Source: Octopus sinensis (taxonomy: Eukaryota). From it: a stretch of DNA of 64,000 nucleotides. The notes below the pieces were generated by a model. It did not search any database, was not told where the DNA came from, and saw only the letters and a list, made by a program, of their open reading frames with translations. Positions 62,421 through 64,000 of the stretch are shown piece after piece. The first letter of the stretch is position 1, and every line of letters begins with the position of its first letter. Location of the stretch: contig NC_043001.1 in assembly GCF_006345805.1 (NCBI RefSeq), positions 186,001-250,000 on the forward strand, in the 5' to 3' direction. Position numbers and translations under genes: made by a program.

Positions 62421-63411
62421 ATGATTACTAGGCATGGGGCAGGGTGGAGAAAGACACCACCTACACAGTTTGCAAAAACAAGGCTGAGCTGGAAGCCAAG
62501 ATCAAGGAGGTGTTCAAACATTTTATGAAGGACAGAATGAGAAAAGTATGCAAAAAGTTCTGGAATAAACTTATCTCACAAGTATAATCTAGTTGATACA
62601 TTTTATAGTGTTTTCTTTACCTTTTAAGCAAACTGTCAGATTTAGCCCAAATACTCTGTATGTGTCTGTACACACACACTTTGTGTTATGCTAAGAAGCA
62701 GTGCATGTTACCAAACTTTTCAACTTGAGTCAAATATAACAAATTACTCCAAATCATTACGGCATCGGCAGAGGAAGGTCTTATGTAATGGATGCATTTC
62801 CTATCATATATTCCACAGACCTGATATCATCATTTAATGTCTGCTTTCCATGCTGGCATGGGTTGGATGGTTTGACTGAAAACTGGTAAGCTGGATGGGG
62901 GGGGGGATAGCTACACCAGGTTCTGTACACATATGTATGTATATATACATTTGTGTATATGTATCTTTGTTTGCCCACAACCCCTTTTGAAGCGTGCACT
63001 TCAATTTTAACAGTTAATTTTTCAAAGCTATAATGGAAGTGACAAAGGCAACAATGCAACAGAAAGTGTGAGGAATATTAATGCAGTTATACTGGGATCA
63101 GACAATAAGCATAAGCCAGTGTCCCTTTTTCAGACAAGGACAGAACAGTACTGGAGAAATACTTTTCATTATAGACAAGTGAATTTTGGAAGAGGGGCCT
63201 TGCAAGTCTACCAGATAGATGGAAGAGCATTGTAGAAAATGAAGGAGAGTATTAGTTATAAAATCTCAAGAAGAGATAGAGTAGTAACGTATACTAAACA
63301 GTAAAGCTTGTCGTCATATCAAGGTGGCTGTTGAATGTCACTACTAGTTTAACCCTAGGCAGATTCTCCACCAGCTGCTTATCGGTGCAACACTCTGCAC
63401 CCTGCAAATAC

Positions 63412-63628
63412 AATATATTGCTAGCAGGGGGAGCGAACACCAACTCCCCTCTAGCAGCTAACAGGATCACAAAAGCAGTTAGCAGTAGCAGATTGTAGCT
63501 ATTGCTTTGCTGTGCAGGTACTCATGATCAAAGACGAGCCAAAAGCTTGAAACCGAGTAAGTCTCGCAATCCTGTTAGCTGCTAGAGGGTAGTAGAGGGG
63601 TTCACTCTCTCTCGGCTAGCAATATATT
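63412..63628. mobile_element. Small MITE with ~57-bp TIRs
   Basis: AATATATTGCTAGC...CCCTCTAGCAGCTAACAGGAT (63412-63467) inverted against 63569-63628. Confidence 0.82.
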
Positions 63629-64000
63629 TTAGATTAAAAAAGGAACTTTGTTCATCTCAATTTTGAAAAATAAAAGACGTAAAAAAAAGTGCATTATTTA
63701 TGGGATGACCCAATAATTTCAAAATATCACTATTAGGCTTGACTTTACAAATACACAAACATACATATTCTAGCAAGCTCAGAATGTTGAAAGGTAAAGT
63801 AGAGCTGGATAATTTTTGAACTCAGAACATAAATGGGTGTAATAAATTTCTAGCTATTTTGACCTATTCTAGTCATAGCATTTTGATATAACAGAATGAC
63901 CTCTTTGGTGGTGCAAAAGTATATAAACATCACCAAATGCCCATCAAATGCTTTAATGGAAAAGCACATTGGATAGTGCAAATCCAGACACATTGTCTAG

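Overview
AT-rich, repeat-saturated animal genomic DNA, most likely an octopus or other coleoid cephalopod. This is an inference from the (TA)n/(TATACA)n microsatellites and the SINE, RTE and CR1 repertoire. Host genes are all on the minus strand: a single-exon-CDS C/EBP-gamma-like bZIP gene (44408-44809) and the last two coding exons of mitochondrial ribosomal protein MRPL38 (61253-61340, 59251-59464). The rest is transposon-derived: CR1/L2-type LINEs (one near full length, with a tandem-CCCH ORF1), several RTE LINEs (one GC-rich, BovB-like), CRE- and R4-like RLE fossils, a complete non-autonomous Helitron, a Tc1 element interrupted by a full-length mariner, two more mariner fossils, a hAT/TTF-finger relic, several foldback/MITE elements and three tRNA-derived SINE families. 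The most notable signal is a set of type I hammerhead ribozyme (HHR) motifs from two sequence families, each with a short, mostly palindromic stem III (four with intact cores, four degenerate or partial). They lie near the 3' ends of non-coding repeats that end in (TA)n. One family is tied by shared HHR architecture and 3' tail to a Penelope-like GIY-YIG fragment that forms a ~530-bp near-perfect inverted repeat. This suggests a Penelope-dependent, ribozyme-carrying (retrozyme-like) non-autonomous element system. No databases or folding programs were run; coordinates were counted by hand and fuzzy ends are approximate.
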